A stretch of DNA of 64,000 bases, taken from contig CAWGMA010000004.1 in the NCBI GenBank assembly GCA_963823555.1, positions 480,001-544,000 on the forward strand, written 5' to 3'. Under the pieces are notes generated by a model. The model was not told the DNA's origin, ran no database searches, and saw only the letters and a list, made by a program, of their open reading frames with translations. Numbering within the stretch: position 1 is the first letter of the stretch; the number at the start of each line of letters is the position of its first letter. Below are positions 10,331 to 21,985 of the stretch, one piece after another. This DNA comes from Candidatus Eiseniibacteriota bacterium (lineage in GTDB: Bacteria; Eisenbacteria; RBG-16-71-46; CAVPCR01). Position numbers and translations under genes: made by a program.

Positions 10331-10932
10331 GTGAACCTCCGCGACGCGGGTCGGATGCTCTCAGCCTGGTGCTCGAACCAGGCGATGTACCGGCGTTCCC
10401 CGGCGGAACGGCGCGCGATGGCTGCGGCGGCGAGCTGGTGGAGACTCGCCGCCACGCCCGGGCGGAGCCCGAGCCCGCTCGGGTCGGCGAGGCGGGCCGG
10501 CAGCTTGAGATAGAACGGGAACGCATCCACCAGGCTCACGTCGCGGGCGAGGGCGAACAGATCGCAGCTCCGCTCGCCACCAGGAACGAGCCCGCGCCCC
10601 TGCAGGAGATGCACGAGCTCGTGGGCAATCGTGTGCAGGGCCAGGCGTCGTGGGTTGAGCCAGAGCTTCTGGCCCTCGATCTCAGCGAATCCGGCGGCGC
10701 TGCGTGTGAGCCCTATGGTGAGGACGAGCCCATCGAGCTCGGGGAAGAAACGGCGTACATAGCGCACCTGGCTCAGCACGAGTGGGCCTCGCGGGTGGTT
10801 GCGCAGTGGCCCGGTGGCGACGACATCACGGGGCGCCGCAGATTCCGTGTCGCTAACCGCCACCGGCGGCTCCCCTGGCGCGGCGCGACGACCGGTGGGG
10901 AGGTTGAAGAGCGCGAGCTGGGCTCCGCTCAT
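10291..10932 (-). CDS. Hypothetical protein with HExxH zinc motif
   Basis: TIAHELVHLLQG followed by GERSCDLFAL; ATG overlaps the stop of the upstream radical SAM gene. Confidence 0.65.
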   Translation of the reverse strand: MSGAQLALFNLPTGRRAAPGEPPVAVSDTESAAPRDVVATGPLRNHPRGPLVLSQVRYVRRFFPELDGLVLTIGLTRSAAGFAEIEGQKLWLNPRRLALHTIAHELVHLLQGRGLVPGGERSCDLFALARDVSLVDAFPFYLKLPARLADPSGLGLRPGVAASLHQLAAAAIARRSAGERRYIAWFEHQAESIRPASRRFTWPTGLWNRLLLK

Positions 10933-12062
10933 TCGCGGCGTCCTGGGGTCGACCACACGCCCGGGATCACCGTCTGGCAGTCCGGGCAGCGCCCCTCGCG
11001 GATCCGGTTCTCGCGCACGAAGTAGCCGTGGCGCTCGATGAGGAGCGCGCTGCAGTTCGGGCAGGATGTGTTCTCGAGATCGCCCACTCGCCCCGGGCGG
11101 TTGCCGGCGTAGACGTAGCGTAGGCCGGCGGCTCGGCCGATCTCCGCCGCCCTGAGCAGCGACCGAATCGCCGTGTCCGGGCGATCCATCATCCGGTAGT
11201 TCTGATAGAAGGCGGTGACATGCCAGGGGATGTCGCGATCGACTCCAGCGAGAAAGCGGGCAATGCCTGCAAGCTCGGCCTCCGAATCATTGAAGCCAGG
11301 AACCACCAGCGTGACCACCTCGACCCAGAACTGGCGTTCCTTGAGCCCGACGATGGTCTCGAGCACCGTCGACAGGAGGCCACCGAGCTCACGATAGCGC
11401 CGGTCATCGAACCCCTTCAGGTCGACCTTATAGAGATCCACCCATGGGCGCAAGTAGTCGAGGACGCGGGGCGTGGCGTTGCCGTTCGAGACATAGGCGC
11501 CGATCAAGCCCCGAGCCTTGCCGCGCCGGAAGACCTGGACCGCCCATTCGCTGGTGATGAGCGGTTCATTGTAGGTCGAGGTGATGATCGGGGTGCCGTG
11601 CCGCACGGCCAGCTCGACCAGCGCGTCCGCCGAGATGCGTTCCAGGGGTGCGACCGCGCTCTTGTCGCGAAGAGCCTGCGAGGTGATCCAGTTCTGGCAG
11701 TAGCTGCAGTGGTAGTCGCAGCCGAGCATGCCGAAGGAGAGGGCGGCACTGGCGGGAAGCGCGTGATAGAAGGGCTTCTTCTCGATCGGGTCGACCTGGA
11801 TCGAGGCGACGTAGCCTCCGGGAACGTAGAGCGTGCCGTCCCGGTTGGCCCGCACGCGGCAGATGCCATCGCGGCCGGGAGGGATGCGGCAGAGGTGGCC
11901 GCAAGCGAAGCAGCGCACCCAGCCCGGTTGATCGGAGAGGGGTTCGTAGAGCTCACCCGGGACGGCGTGTTCCGCGAGGAGGGTCGCAAGGGGAGAGGAT
12001 TCCCGGTTGCGGTGGGGGGGCTGTCCGGACCTGGGGGGGGACGGGTCGGGGCTCCTCGACAT
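10929..12062 (-). CDS. amrS: AmmeMemoRadiSam system radical SAM enzyme
   Basis: CFACGHLC...GICRVR, DPIEKKPFYH, GCDYHCSYCQNW, YNEP, PWHVTAF, YVYAGN, C-terminal CxxC pairs. Confidence 0.92.
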   Translation of the reverse strand: MSRSPDPSPPRSGQPPHRNRESSPLATLLAEHAVPGELYEPLSDQPGWVRCFACGHLCRIPPGRDGICRVRANRDGTLYVPGGYVASIQVDPIEKKPFYHALPASAALSFGMLGCDYHCSYCQNWITSQALRDKSAVAPLERISADALVELAVRHGTPIITSTYNEPLITSEWAVQVFRRGKARGLIGAYVSNGNATPRVLDYLRPWVDLYKVDLKGFDDRRYRELGGLLSTVLETIVGLKERQFWVEVVTLVVPGFNDSEAELAGIARFLAGVDRDIPWHVTAFYQNYRMMDRPDTAIRSLLRAAEIGRAAGLRYVYAGNRPGRVGDLENTSCPNCSALLIERHGYFVRENRIREGRCPDCQTVIPGVWSTPGRRE

Positions 12063-12210
12063 CGGACCTCGCTTTCGCTCCCGCTTGAGCTGGTGCCGCC
12101 GGTGGGTGTTCCTCCCTCCAGCCTAGGCCCCGGGGGGGCACCGTGCAACGCCCGATCCGCGGCGGTCGGGGAGAAGGACCGCGGTGCGGATCGGGTGTCG
12201 CGGGCCGCGG

Positions 12211-13122
12211 CTAGTGCTGCCGGCGCTGCAGGATCGTGATGACCGTGAACGCGCTGGTGGCGGCCAGGAGCACGACGAACCAGAAGGTCGCGGGTCGGCT
12301 CTGCATCGGGATCGGCACGTTCATCGAGAAGAAGCCGATCCAGACCGTGGGCAGCATGAGCGCGATCATGATGATGTTGAGGCGCTTGATGAGCACGTTG
12401 AGATTGTTGGATACGACCGAGACCCGCGCATCCATGAGTCCCGAGAGCACCTGCGAATAGATCTGCGCCTGCTCGTGGCATTGGTTGTTCTCGATGGCCA
12501 TGTCCTCGAGCAGTTCGAGGCTCTCCTGGCTCAGTCCCAGGCGGCCGGCGTTGGTTCGCAGGCGATCGATCACCCGGCCGTTCGAGCTGATCGCGTTCAG
12601 GTAGTAGACGAGACTCTTCTCCAGAGTGAAGAGATTGAGGAGATGGCGATTCTCCATCGCCGTGTTCACTTCCTTCTCGATGGACTCGCTGCACATGTTG
12701 ATGACCTTGAGATGGCCGAGAAAGTGGTGAATCGAGCGATAGATCAGCTTGAGCACCATGTCCTCGAGCGAGGCCACCCGGGCAAACGGTTTTCCCTCGA
12801 AGAGCTCCACGTCATCGCTGGTGATGATGACCAGGCGATCCTTGAACCAGAACATGCCGAGCGAGAGGACCTTGAACAGGAAGTTGTCGGCGGCCGAATA
12901 GTTCTTCGGGCGCTTGGTGATGATCGCGACATGATCGGGTTCGAACTCGACGCGGCCGATCTCGTCGGGATCGAGAGCCGAGGCCACCGTGTGGGGGTCG
13001 GCTCCCAGCTCATCGCTGATCCGGTGGCGCTCGGCCTCATCAGGGGCAACATAGACGGCGATGGTCCCGCCGCTTTCGCAGGCCTGTACTCGGCCGTCGC
13101 GGATGTCGAAACAGCGCAGCAT
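12211..13122 (-). CDS. corA: CorA family Mg/Co transporter
   Basis: [40 protein letters not shown] (variant of the GMN motif), two C-terminal TM helices. Confidence 0.88.
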   Translation of the reverse strand: MLRCFDIRDGRVQACESGGTIAVYVAPDEAERHRISDELGADPHTVASALDPDEIGRVEFEPDHVAIITKRPKNYSAADNFLFKVLSLGMFWFKDRLVIITSDDVELFEGKPFARVASLEDMVLKLIYRSIHHFLGHLKVINMCSESIEKEVNTAMENRHLLNLFTLEKSLVYYLNAISSNGRVIDRLRTNAGRLGLSQESLELLEDMAIENNQCHEQAQIYSQVLSGLMDARVSVVSNNLNVLIKRLNIIMIALMLPTVWIGFFSMNVPIPMQSRPATFWFVVLLAATSAFTVITILQRRQH

Positions 13123-13329
13123 GGGCTCCTCCTCTCCGGGGGACACTGCGCCAAAGCGTTGCCGGTGGCAAGCGGATGCATGGGCCAGGGGCGGGCTGGC
13201 AGGACCCAGCCCGTCCTTGAGTCCGCCGCCGCCAGGATGCTACGATCGCCAGCCCTCAACCGGGAGGCCCTGGCCGACCCGGTTCAACCCGCAACCCGAC
13301 GGGAAACCGCGACCCCGATCGGAGAGAAG

Positions 13330-15386
<2,057 letters not shown>

Positions 15387-15418
15387 CGATGAGCTGAATC
15401 AGAGGGGAGGTGCAGGTG

Positions 15419-16443
15419 ATGACGCATCGTCTCGCGACGGCCGCGCTCTTCATGGGTGCCGTGCTCGCTGTGCTCGTCGTCAACGCCCCGGCGCCGGTCG
15501 CCGAGATGGCGCAGCCGGTGGCCACCTTCTCCATCGTCGCCCGTGATCCGGCCACCGGCGATCTCGGCATCGCCGTGGAGAGCCGGTTCTTCGCCGTCGG
15601 TGCCGTCGTGCCCTGGGCGCGCGCCGGAGTGGGAGCCGTCGCCACCCAGGCCGCGGCCAACACGACCTTCGGGCCGCGCGGACTGGAGCTCCTGGCACGT
15701 GGGTTGGCGCCGGGAGCGGTCATCGATTCCCTCCTCGCCGGGGACGCCGAGCGTGATCAGCGTCAGGTCGGGATCGTCGACGCCAAGGGACGTTCGGCCG
15801 CGGCCACCGGTCCGGAGTGCCAGGTCTGGGCCGGACACCGCTCGGGTCCCGAGTACGCCGCGCAGGGCAACATCCTCACCGGGGAAGACGTGGTCCTGGC
15901 CATGGAGCGTGCCTTCCTGGATACGCAGGGGCATCTCGGCAGCCGGCTCCTCGCCGCCCTCGAGGCAGGACAGGCGGCCGGGGGGACTCGCGCGGGCAGC
16001 AATCGGCGGCTCTCCTCATCGTGCGCGACAAGGGCGGCTACCGCGGCCTCAACGATCGCTACTGCGATCTTCGCGTCGATGATCACGAGACGCCGATCGC
16101 CGAGCTTCGCCGCCTCTACACGCTGTGGCTTCCCAATGCCCTCATTCTCGAGGGCTACAACCTGGTCGCAGAAGAGAAGTACGGCGCTGCCATCGCGCGC
16201 GGGGAGGAGGCGATCGCCTTCGCTCCGGCAAGCGGCGAGGGCTACTATCACACGGCGTGCTATCTGGCGCGGGCAGGACGTGGGGAGGAAGCCCTCGGCC
16301 GGCTCGGCGAGGCCATCACCCGCGATCCCAAGCTCGCAGCACAGGCGGCCGGGGATCCCGACTTCGAATCGATCCGTTCGCTCCCGCGTTTCCAGGAACT
16401 CATCGCCGGCACGAAGCCGGCCCGGCCCGCCGGGACCCGCTAG
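15419..16443 (+). CDS. DUF1028 (Ntn-hydrolase-like) protein with C-terminal TPR; frameshift at G6 15980-15985
   Basis: ATFSIVARD, GVGAVATQA, AQGNIL; GGDSRGQQSAAL, DLRVDDH and the TPR lie in the second frame. Confidence 0.85.
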
Positions 16444-17416
16444 CAGCGATGCTCGCCCAGGAGAAGGCGAGCTGATCGCTGGCGGCGCGGCCGGGCGCGC
16501 GCGTGCATTCACCCTGCGTGAAGCCGTAGCGCGCGCGCAGCTTCCGGACGCGCGCCACGATCTCCTCGCGGGCCGGCCCGCGCAGGAAGGCCGAGTGAGC
16601 GTAGGCCTTGCGGTACCAGGCCAGATGCTCCGGGAAGTGAGCGGCGAGAAACGGGAAGAAGCGGCGTCGGGGTGCCGTTCGCAGGTGGAGGAGGCTCGCG
16701 TCGGCGTAGCTCGCTCCAGCATCGCGCGCGGCCGCGAAGAGGCGGGCGAGATCGGCTTCGGCATCAGTCAGGTGCGGCAGGATCGGCATGATGAAGAGCC
16801 CGGCGCGGATCCCGGCGGCACGCAGGGCGGCCAGGGCGGCGAGGCGCCGCTCAGGCGTCGGCGCCCCGGGCTCGATCGTGCGCAGGAGAGCGGCATCCAT
16901 GCTGATCAGGCTCACGTTGACGCTGAGCGGGCGCGTGCGGGCGATGGCGGCGAGCAGATCGAGGTCGCGCCGGACGAGATCGGACTTGGTGGTGATCGAG
17001 AGCTCGAGCGTGGAGCAGGGTGCGAGCGTCTCGAGCAGCTGGCGGGTGATGCCAAAGCGGCGCTCGGCCGGCTGGTAGGGATCGGTGGCCGTGCCCAGGG
17101 CCACCGGGCGCCCGCGCAGGTCCTCGCGATCGACGGTGGTGGCGAGCACGCGGGGCGCGTTCACCTTGACATGGACCTCGCGCTCGAAGTCGAGCGGGTC
17201 CTCGTAATCCATGAAGGCGTGGGTGTAGCGAGCGAAGCAGTAGGTGCACCCGATCTCACAGCCGCGGTAGGGATTGATGCCCCAGGTGAAAGGGAAGGCG
17301 GGGTTCGGATTCTTCGTGAGCACCGACCGGCAGTGCATGCGGTGGTAGGTCACGCGGCGCTTCTCACGGAGGTGCTCGGGTAAGGGCGCGATGGGAAGGA
17401 GAGCCGGGGTCGACAT
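16400..17416 (-). CDS. SplB/Rv2578c-like radical SAM protein (putative DNA repair)
   Basis: INPYRGCEIGCTYCFAR, GTATDPYQP, ITTKS, RDLDLL, IEPGAPTP. Confidence 0.9.
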   Translation of the reverse strand: MSTPALLPIAPLPEHLREKRRVTYHRMHCRSVLTKNPNPAFPFTWGINPYRGCEIGCTYCFARYTHAFMDYEDPLDFEREVHVKVNAPRVLATTVDREDLRGRPVALGTATDPYQPAERRFGITRQLLETLAPCSTLELSITTKSDLVRRDLDLLAAIARTRPLSVNVSLISMDAALLRTIEPGAPTPERRLAALAALRAAGIRAGLFIMPILPHLTDAEADLARLFAAARDAGASYADASLLHLRTAPRRRFFPFLAAHFPEHLAWYRKAYAHSAFLRGPAREEIVARVRKLRARYGFTQGECTRAPGRAASDQLAFSWASIAASGSRRAGPASCRR

Positions 17417-17427
17417 GGGAGAACCAT

Positions 17428-17448
17428 ACATATGAATAGCTCATATGT
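17428..17448. promoter_or_regulatory. Perfect AT-rich palindrome ACATATGA-N5-TCATATGT (candidate repressor operator)
   Basis: 8-bp perfect inverted repeat about 12 bp upstream of the radical SAM start, in a divergent intergenic gap. Confidence 0.6.
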
Positions 17449-17502
17449 CGATGGGGCACTACGCAGCGGGCACCCTGCCCGTCGTTGAGACTGCGTAAGC
17501 TG

Positions 17503-18204
17503 ATGTCCACCAATATCTTTACAGAGAAGCTAGGCATCGCGGGGCAGTCCGAGATCACGGTGGCCGGAGCCTACCCCACGGGGTTCCGCCCGGGAGAGAC
17601 GCCGGCCCTGGTCCTGGCCCCGGGGGCGGGAAGCGATCTTCGGACGCCCCTCCTGGTCGCTCTCGAGGAAGCGCTCGCGCCGCAGATGCTCGTCCTGCGC
17701 TTCAACTTCCCGTATCGGGAGGCGGGCCGCCGCGCGCCGGATCCGCAGAAGAAGCTCGAGGCGACCTATCGCGCCGTTCTGGCCTGGTTGCGCCAGCACC
17801 CGGAGCTGCGCCCAGGGAGGATGATTGCCGGTGGCAAATCGATGGGCGGGCGCATCGCCACCCACGTCGTGAGCGCCGGCGAGGCCCTCGATGGCCTCGT
17901 TCTCCTCGGCTATCCGCTCCATCCACCAGGACAGCCCGCGAAGCTGAGGGTGGCGCATCTCACGGATATCCGCTGCCCGCTCCTGTTCGTCCAGGGATCT
18001 CGCGACGCCCTGTGTCGCCTCGATCTCCTGGCCCCGACCCTCATAACACTCGGTTCCCGCGCCCGTCTTGTCGTGATCGATGAGGGGGATCACTCCTTCA
18101 AGGTGACCAAGCGCAGCGGCCGGAGCGAGCATGAGGTCTTCGCCGAGATCGGCGCGCGAGTCCGGGAGTTCGTTCTGGATCCCGGCGGTCGCCTTCGCGG
18201 CTGA
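17503..18204 (+). CDS. Alpha/beta hydrolase (KANL3/Tex30-like)
   Basis: LAPGAG, RFNFPY, GGKSMGGR, LGYPLHPPG, QGSRD, GDHSF; start uncertain. Confidence 0.85.
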   Translation: MSTNIFTEKLGIAGQSEITVAGAYPTGFRPGETPALVLAPGAGSDLRTPLLVALEEALAPQMLVLRFNFPYREAGRRAPDPQKKLEATYRAVLAWLRQHPELRPGRMIAGGKSMGGRIATHVVSAGEALDGLVLLGYPLHPPGQPAKLRVAHLTDIRCPLLFVQGSRDALCRLDLLAPTLITLGSRARLVVIDEGDHSFKVTKRSGRSEHEVFAEIGARVREFVLDPGGRLRG

Positions 18205-18213
18205 GGTACGACC

Positions 18214-19128
18214 GTGCGCGCGGCGCCTCCTCTCCATCCCTCGATCGATCTCCTTGGCGGCCGATTGGCGGTGATGGTCGCTGGCGAGATCACAGGTCTG
18301 GCCGCAGTGGATCCGCTGGCGCGGGCCGAGGTCTATGCGCGGCACGGGATCCTTAACGTCATCGATCTCGATGCGGCGCTTGGTAGGGGCGGCCAGGGGG
18401 GGCTCGTCGGCGAGATCTGCCGCCGGCACGAATGCTATGCGGGCGGCGGGATCCGCTCGGTCGAGGACGTGATCCAGCGCCTCGATCGCGGCGCGGTGAA
18501 GGCCATTCTGGGCAGTGCGCTGCTCGCCCCTGGCGATCTCAATCGCCCGTTCCTGGCCGATCTGGCGCGCCTGGTGCCGCGGGAGCGGCTGGTCTTTGCC
18601 CTCGACGCCGATCGGGGCGAGCTCATGACCGAGGCCTGGACGCGGAGGAGCGGCCTCGAGATCGGCCGCGTGATCGCGGAGCTCGAACCCTTCTGCTCCG
18701 AGTTCGTGATCACGGCGATCGAGCGCGAGAGCACGGTGGCCGGACCCGATCTCGCCACCCTCGATCGGCTTTGTGTCCTGACCCACAACCCGCTCCAGGC
18801 GGCCGGCGGCATCGCCACCATCGGCCACGTGCTCGCACTCGCCGAGCGTGGTCTGGGTGCCGTCCTGAGCCAGGTGATTCACCTGGGAGAGCTCGACCTC
18901 ACGGCGGCCTGGATGGCGCTCCTCGATCTCGCTCCGGATGAGACCGTCCCCGCCCGGGTCCGGACCCGCGACGGCCTCGAGCTCGCCGCCCTGTCGCTCG
19001 ACACCGATCGCATCGACCGCGCGTTGCGAGAAGGACGGATCACGGTGCCGGGGAGCGGACGGGACCGGGACGTGACGCAGGTACGCCTGAGAGGCCACCC
19101 GCCCGAGCTCCACATCACGATGATCTAG
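18214..19128 (+). CDS. Divergent HisA-like TIM barrel with C-terminal extension
   Basis: PSIDLLGG, VIDLDAALG, GGGIRS, ILGS, ALDA, AAGGI. Confidence 0.75.
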   Translation: MRAAPPLHPSIDLLGGRLAVMVAGEITGLAAVDPLARAEVYARHGILNVIDLDAALGRGGQGGLVGEICRRHECYAGGGIRSVEDVIQRLDRGAVKAILGSALLAPGDLNRPFLADLARLVPRERLVFALDADRGELMTEAWTRRSGLEIGRVIAELEPFCSEFVITAIERESTVAGPDLATLDRLCVLTHNPLQAAGGIATIGHVLALAERGLGAVLSQVIHLGELDLTAAWMALLDLAPDETVPARVRTRDGLELAALSLDTDRIDRALREGRITVPGSGRDRDVTQVRLRGHPPELHITMI

Positions 19129-19219
19129 GAGCCAGTGCCGGGAATCCCAGCTTCCGCGGCGTCACGGTGCGCGGTCGCCGATGGTAGAGTCCCGGGTACG
19201 GATGACGGGAGGAAGCAGG

Positions 19220-20113
19220 TTGGATGTTCATGTCAAGCAAGCAGCGTTGATCGGCCTCGAGCGCGGCCTGCTCGCGCCGGCCGAGCGGGATCACGCGCTC
19301 GAACACCTGGAAACCTGCCCGCTCTGTCGCGAGTTGCAGGCAGAGATCCAGGCCGAGCTCGCCGCCATGGACTCGATGGATCCGGTCCCCGGTGCGGTGG
19401 GCCGCCACATACCGCCTGGGCTCCTCGCCGGCTTCGTCGCGGCTCGGGAGAGCATCGGTGAAGACCTGGCCTCCCGCATCGAGCAGCATATCGCGCGGTG
19501 CCCGCTCTGCCACGACGCAGCCGAGCGGGCAGCACGCCCCCGTCAGGAGCCACCCCCGGACTTCCAGCGGCCGATACCGCTCGCCACCTTCCTGCGCCTC
19601 CGCCGCGGCGTGGCGGTCAAGCGTGACCGGCCGCGCCGGCGCTCGCTCCGCGGTCGGGTCTGGTGGCCGGTCGTCTCCGGGCTCGTGCTCGCCGTGATCA
19701 TCGGTGGGATCATGATCCCTCGCTGGCGTGCCGAGCGTGCGGGAGCCACGTACCTGAAGATCGCCACGCCGCTCCGCCTGCTCGGCAACAAGAGTGGGAT
19801 TGCTCCTCCTCCAGCGGTGTCCCTCGCGCCGGGCACGCCGCTCGTCCTGTTCATCAAGCTCGCCGTGCCGCCGCCGGGCGATGCCCATTTCGATCTCGTG
19901 CTGCGCCGCGCGGATGGGTCCGAGCTCAAGCGCCGCATCGCCGGCACGGCTTTCGATCCCTCGGGCACGGTCGCCATCCTCGTTGCTCGCGAGGTCCTCG
20001 CCGTTGGAGAGCGGGTGGAAGTGGAACTCGTCCGGGCCGGCGACGCCACCCGGGCGGCGGTGTTCTCCGACGCCTTCACGATCAGTTCCCCACCGCCGGA
20101 TCGCACGCCGTGA
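19220..20113 (+). CDS. Membrane-anchored anti-sigma-like protein with two zf-HC2 motifs
   Basis: HLETCPLC and HIARCPLC, one TM helix, extracytoplasmic C-terminal domain; TTG after GGAGG, start uncertain. Confidence 0.65.
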   Translation: MDVHVKQAALIGLERGLLAPAERDHALEHLETCPLCRELQAEIQAELAAMDSMDPVPGAVGRHIPPGLLAGFVAARESIGEDLASRIEQHIARCPLCHDAAERAARPRQEPPPDFQRPIPLATFLRLRRGVAVKRDRPRRRSLRGRVWWPVVSGLVLAVIIGGIMIPRWRAERAGATYLKIATPLRLLGNKSGIAPPPAVSLAPGTPLVLFIKLAVPPPGDAHFDLVLRRADGSELKRRIAGTAFDPSGTVAILVAREVLAVGERVEVELVRAGDATRAAVFSDAFTISSPPPDRTP

Positions 20114-20685
20114 TCGGTATCGGTCGCCTCGTCCTCGCCGCCGTGCTCCTGGTCGGCGCGAAGGGAGGGACACCCTTGCTCATTGATGATTTCTCTCGCG
20201 AGGACGAGCGTTCGGCGCTCGGAACGGAATGGCGTGACTTCACCGACCGGGTGATGGGGGGGCGGTCGCAGGGCGAGGCCCGGCGCGACACGCTCGATGG
20301 ACGGAGCTGCCTCCATCTCCGGGGTGAGGTCTCGCTCGCCCATGGCGGGGGATTCATCCAGGTTGCGGTGCCGCTCGAGAGCGGCGGCAAGGCGCTCGAC
20401 GCGAGCGCCTACACCGGCATTCGTCTCGTCGTGCGCGCATCCGGAGAGGGCTACTACCTTCACCTGCGCACGGGCGACACCTGGCTCCCCTGGCATCACT
20501 ACCGGGCCCCGATCCCGAGCGGGGAGGCGGGCTGGCGCGAGGTCTCGGTGCCGTTCGCCGCGTTCGAGCCGCAGGGTCTCATGAAGCCGCTCGCGCCGTC
20601 CAAGCTCGAGCGGCTGGGGATCGTCGCTGCGAAGCGGGAATTTTCGGCCGATATCGCGGTGGCGCGTATCGATCTCTATCGCTGA
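20110..20685 (+). CDS. CIA30 family protein (carbohydrate-binding-like fold)
   Basis: LIDDFS, W..FTDRVMGGRS, G.VSL..GGGFIQ, PFAAF; signal peptide; GTGA overlap with the upstream gene. Confidence 0.88.
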   Translation: MIGIGRLVLAAVLLVGAKGGTPLLIDDFSREDERSALGTEWRDFTDRVMGGRSQGEARRDTLDGRSCLHLRGEVSLAHGGGFIQVAVPLESGGKALDASAYTGIRLVVRASGEGYYLHLRTGDTWLPWHHYRAPIPSGEAGWREVSVPFAAFEPQGLMKPLAPSKLERLGIVAAKREFSADIAVARIDLYR

Positions 20686-20699
20686 GGATGAAGGCCGAG

Positions 20700-20740
20700 G
20701 GCCCGAGCCGGCGCGGATCTCTCCCTACCGGCTCGGGCTC
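20700..20740. terminator. GC hairpin, paralogous to 30520-30560
   Basis: GCCCGAGCCGG...CCGGCTCGGGC stem. Confidence 0.5.
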
Positions 20741-20779
20741 CATGTCCAAGCCAATCCAGCGCCCGCCCCGCCTGATGGA

Positions 20780-20822
20780 CTACTTGAGCACGATCATGCG
20801 CCTTGTGGCGCTGAACGATCCT
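20780..20822 (-). repeat. 43-bp direct repeat copy 1 (orphan copy of the 3' end of gene 30595-32598)
   Basis: CTACTTGAGCACGATCATGCGCCTTGTGGCGCTGAACGATCCT is identical to 30595-30637 and encodes GSFSATRRMIVLK-stop on the minus strand. Confidence 0.92.
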
Positions 20823-20935
20823 CGTTGTGTCCGAACAATCGATCGGCGGTGCGCATCTCACGCCGCCCGCCGGTGACCTGAACTAGTTACGATCTAGTTT
20901 AGTCTGACACGGCGCAAGAAGAAGAGGTGGCCATG

Positions 20936-21291
20936 CTAAGTCGCCAAGTCCCCCAGGGAGCGGTCCCGCCACTGCAGTTCCGCCATCTCCTGGAACGCCC
21001 CCACGGCATGCCAGCGGCCGCACTGCGGGCAGCGGTGGCCCCGGCGCTCGTCGCGCAGCCGAACCACCTTCACCCGTACGCCTCTTCCCCGCCGATCGGC
21101 GACCGTGTCGGTGTCCACCGCGACCACTCCGAACCCTTGCAGAGCCCAGACCCGTCTGAGATCCTCAAGTCGCTCCTGGTCTTCCATGACCGCCCTCCTT
21201 TGTCAGAGAAGGGCTCCATGGGTACGCCGAGAGCATCCGCTTCTCAACCGCCTACCCCGAACTCAGGCCCCACGGAAAATCGAGGGGAGCG
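20936..21291 (-). mobile_element. ISL3-family remnant (N-terminal zinc-finger fragment plus a degenerate terminal repeat)
   Basis: ORF 20936-21187 has HRCPQCG and WRDRSLG; a possible end reads CGCTCCCCTCGATTTTCCGTGG on the minus strand. Confidence 0.6.
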
Positions 21292-21522
21292 CGAAGAAAG
21301 AGGGGACTTCGGGTCTCAACTTCACCTTCAACCGGAGCGCGCCCCAAGGAAAAATGCGCTTGTGCTGAAATCCGGGGAGGCGCACGATTGCCGTTGGTCC
21401 CCCGCTCAAACGCGAGCCAGGGACCAAGGCTAGACCTCACCGCCCGGCGACCCCACGCGGGTCCCGGCGCCAAGCCGCCCGACGATGAGGTTGCAAATGC
21501 TCAGTGCGACCAGGAGGCGGCT

Positions 21523-21951
21523 ATGAAAGTTCAACCAGCTTCTGCACTCCCTCAGTATCCGGCACCCAGCTCCAAGTTCCTCTTCATCCTCATGGGTGCT
21601 CTCTTGCTTGTGCCTCATGCGTCGCATGCACAAATGGACCCCTGTGATCCCGTACCTGGCCAATGCACTACCCGATGTGCGCCTCAAGGCTGGGGGATCC
21701 AGGTCGCAGTCCACCACAAGAGCTTCGAGTGTTTCCAGTTCTTCCGACAGCGCTGCGACGAATCGGGATGGACGCTAGTCTATGCGGGTCCCGACAGCAG
21801 TATTTGCGACTGCACATACAATCCCTCTTACAAGTATCGCTACCATGTAAATGGCTTCTCGGATCTGAACTACGGAACCTGTGCGAGCCTTTCTGACAGC
21901 TGCACATCGTTGTGGTGGACCGGCGCTGGCGAGATCACGAGCTGCCCCTGA
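21523..21951 (+). CDS. Small cysteine-rich secreted protein
   Basis: AGGAGG RBS, hydrophobic signal ending ASHA, 10 Cys in the mature part, lower GC than the flanks. Confidence 0.6.
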   Translation: MKVQPASALPQYPAPSSKFLFILMGALLLVPHASHAQMDPCDPVPGQCTTRCAPQGWGIQVAVHHKSFECFQFFRQRCDESGWTLVYAGPDSSICDCTYNPSYKYRYHVNGFSDLNYGTCASLSDSCTSLWWTGAGEITSCP

Positions 21952-21985
21952 TCGCCAGCGCGATCCTCTATCAAGGAGGTAGACC

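Noticed and set aside
12184..13329. Long N-terminal extension on transketolase
   Set aside because: Mostly antisense to corA; an RBS and ATG sit at 13330
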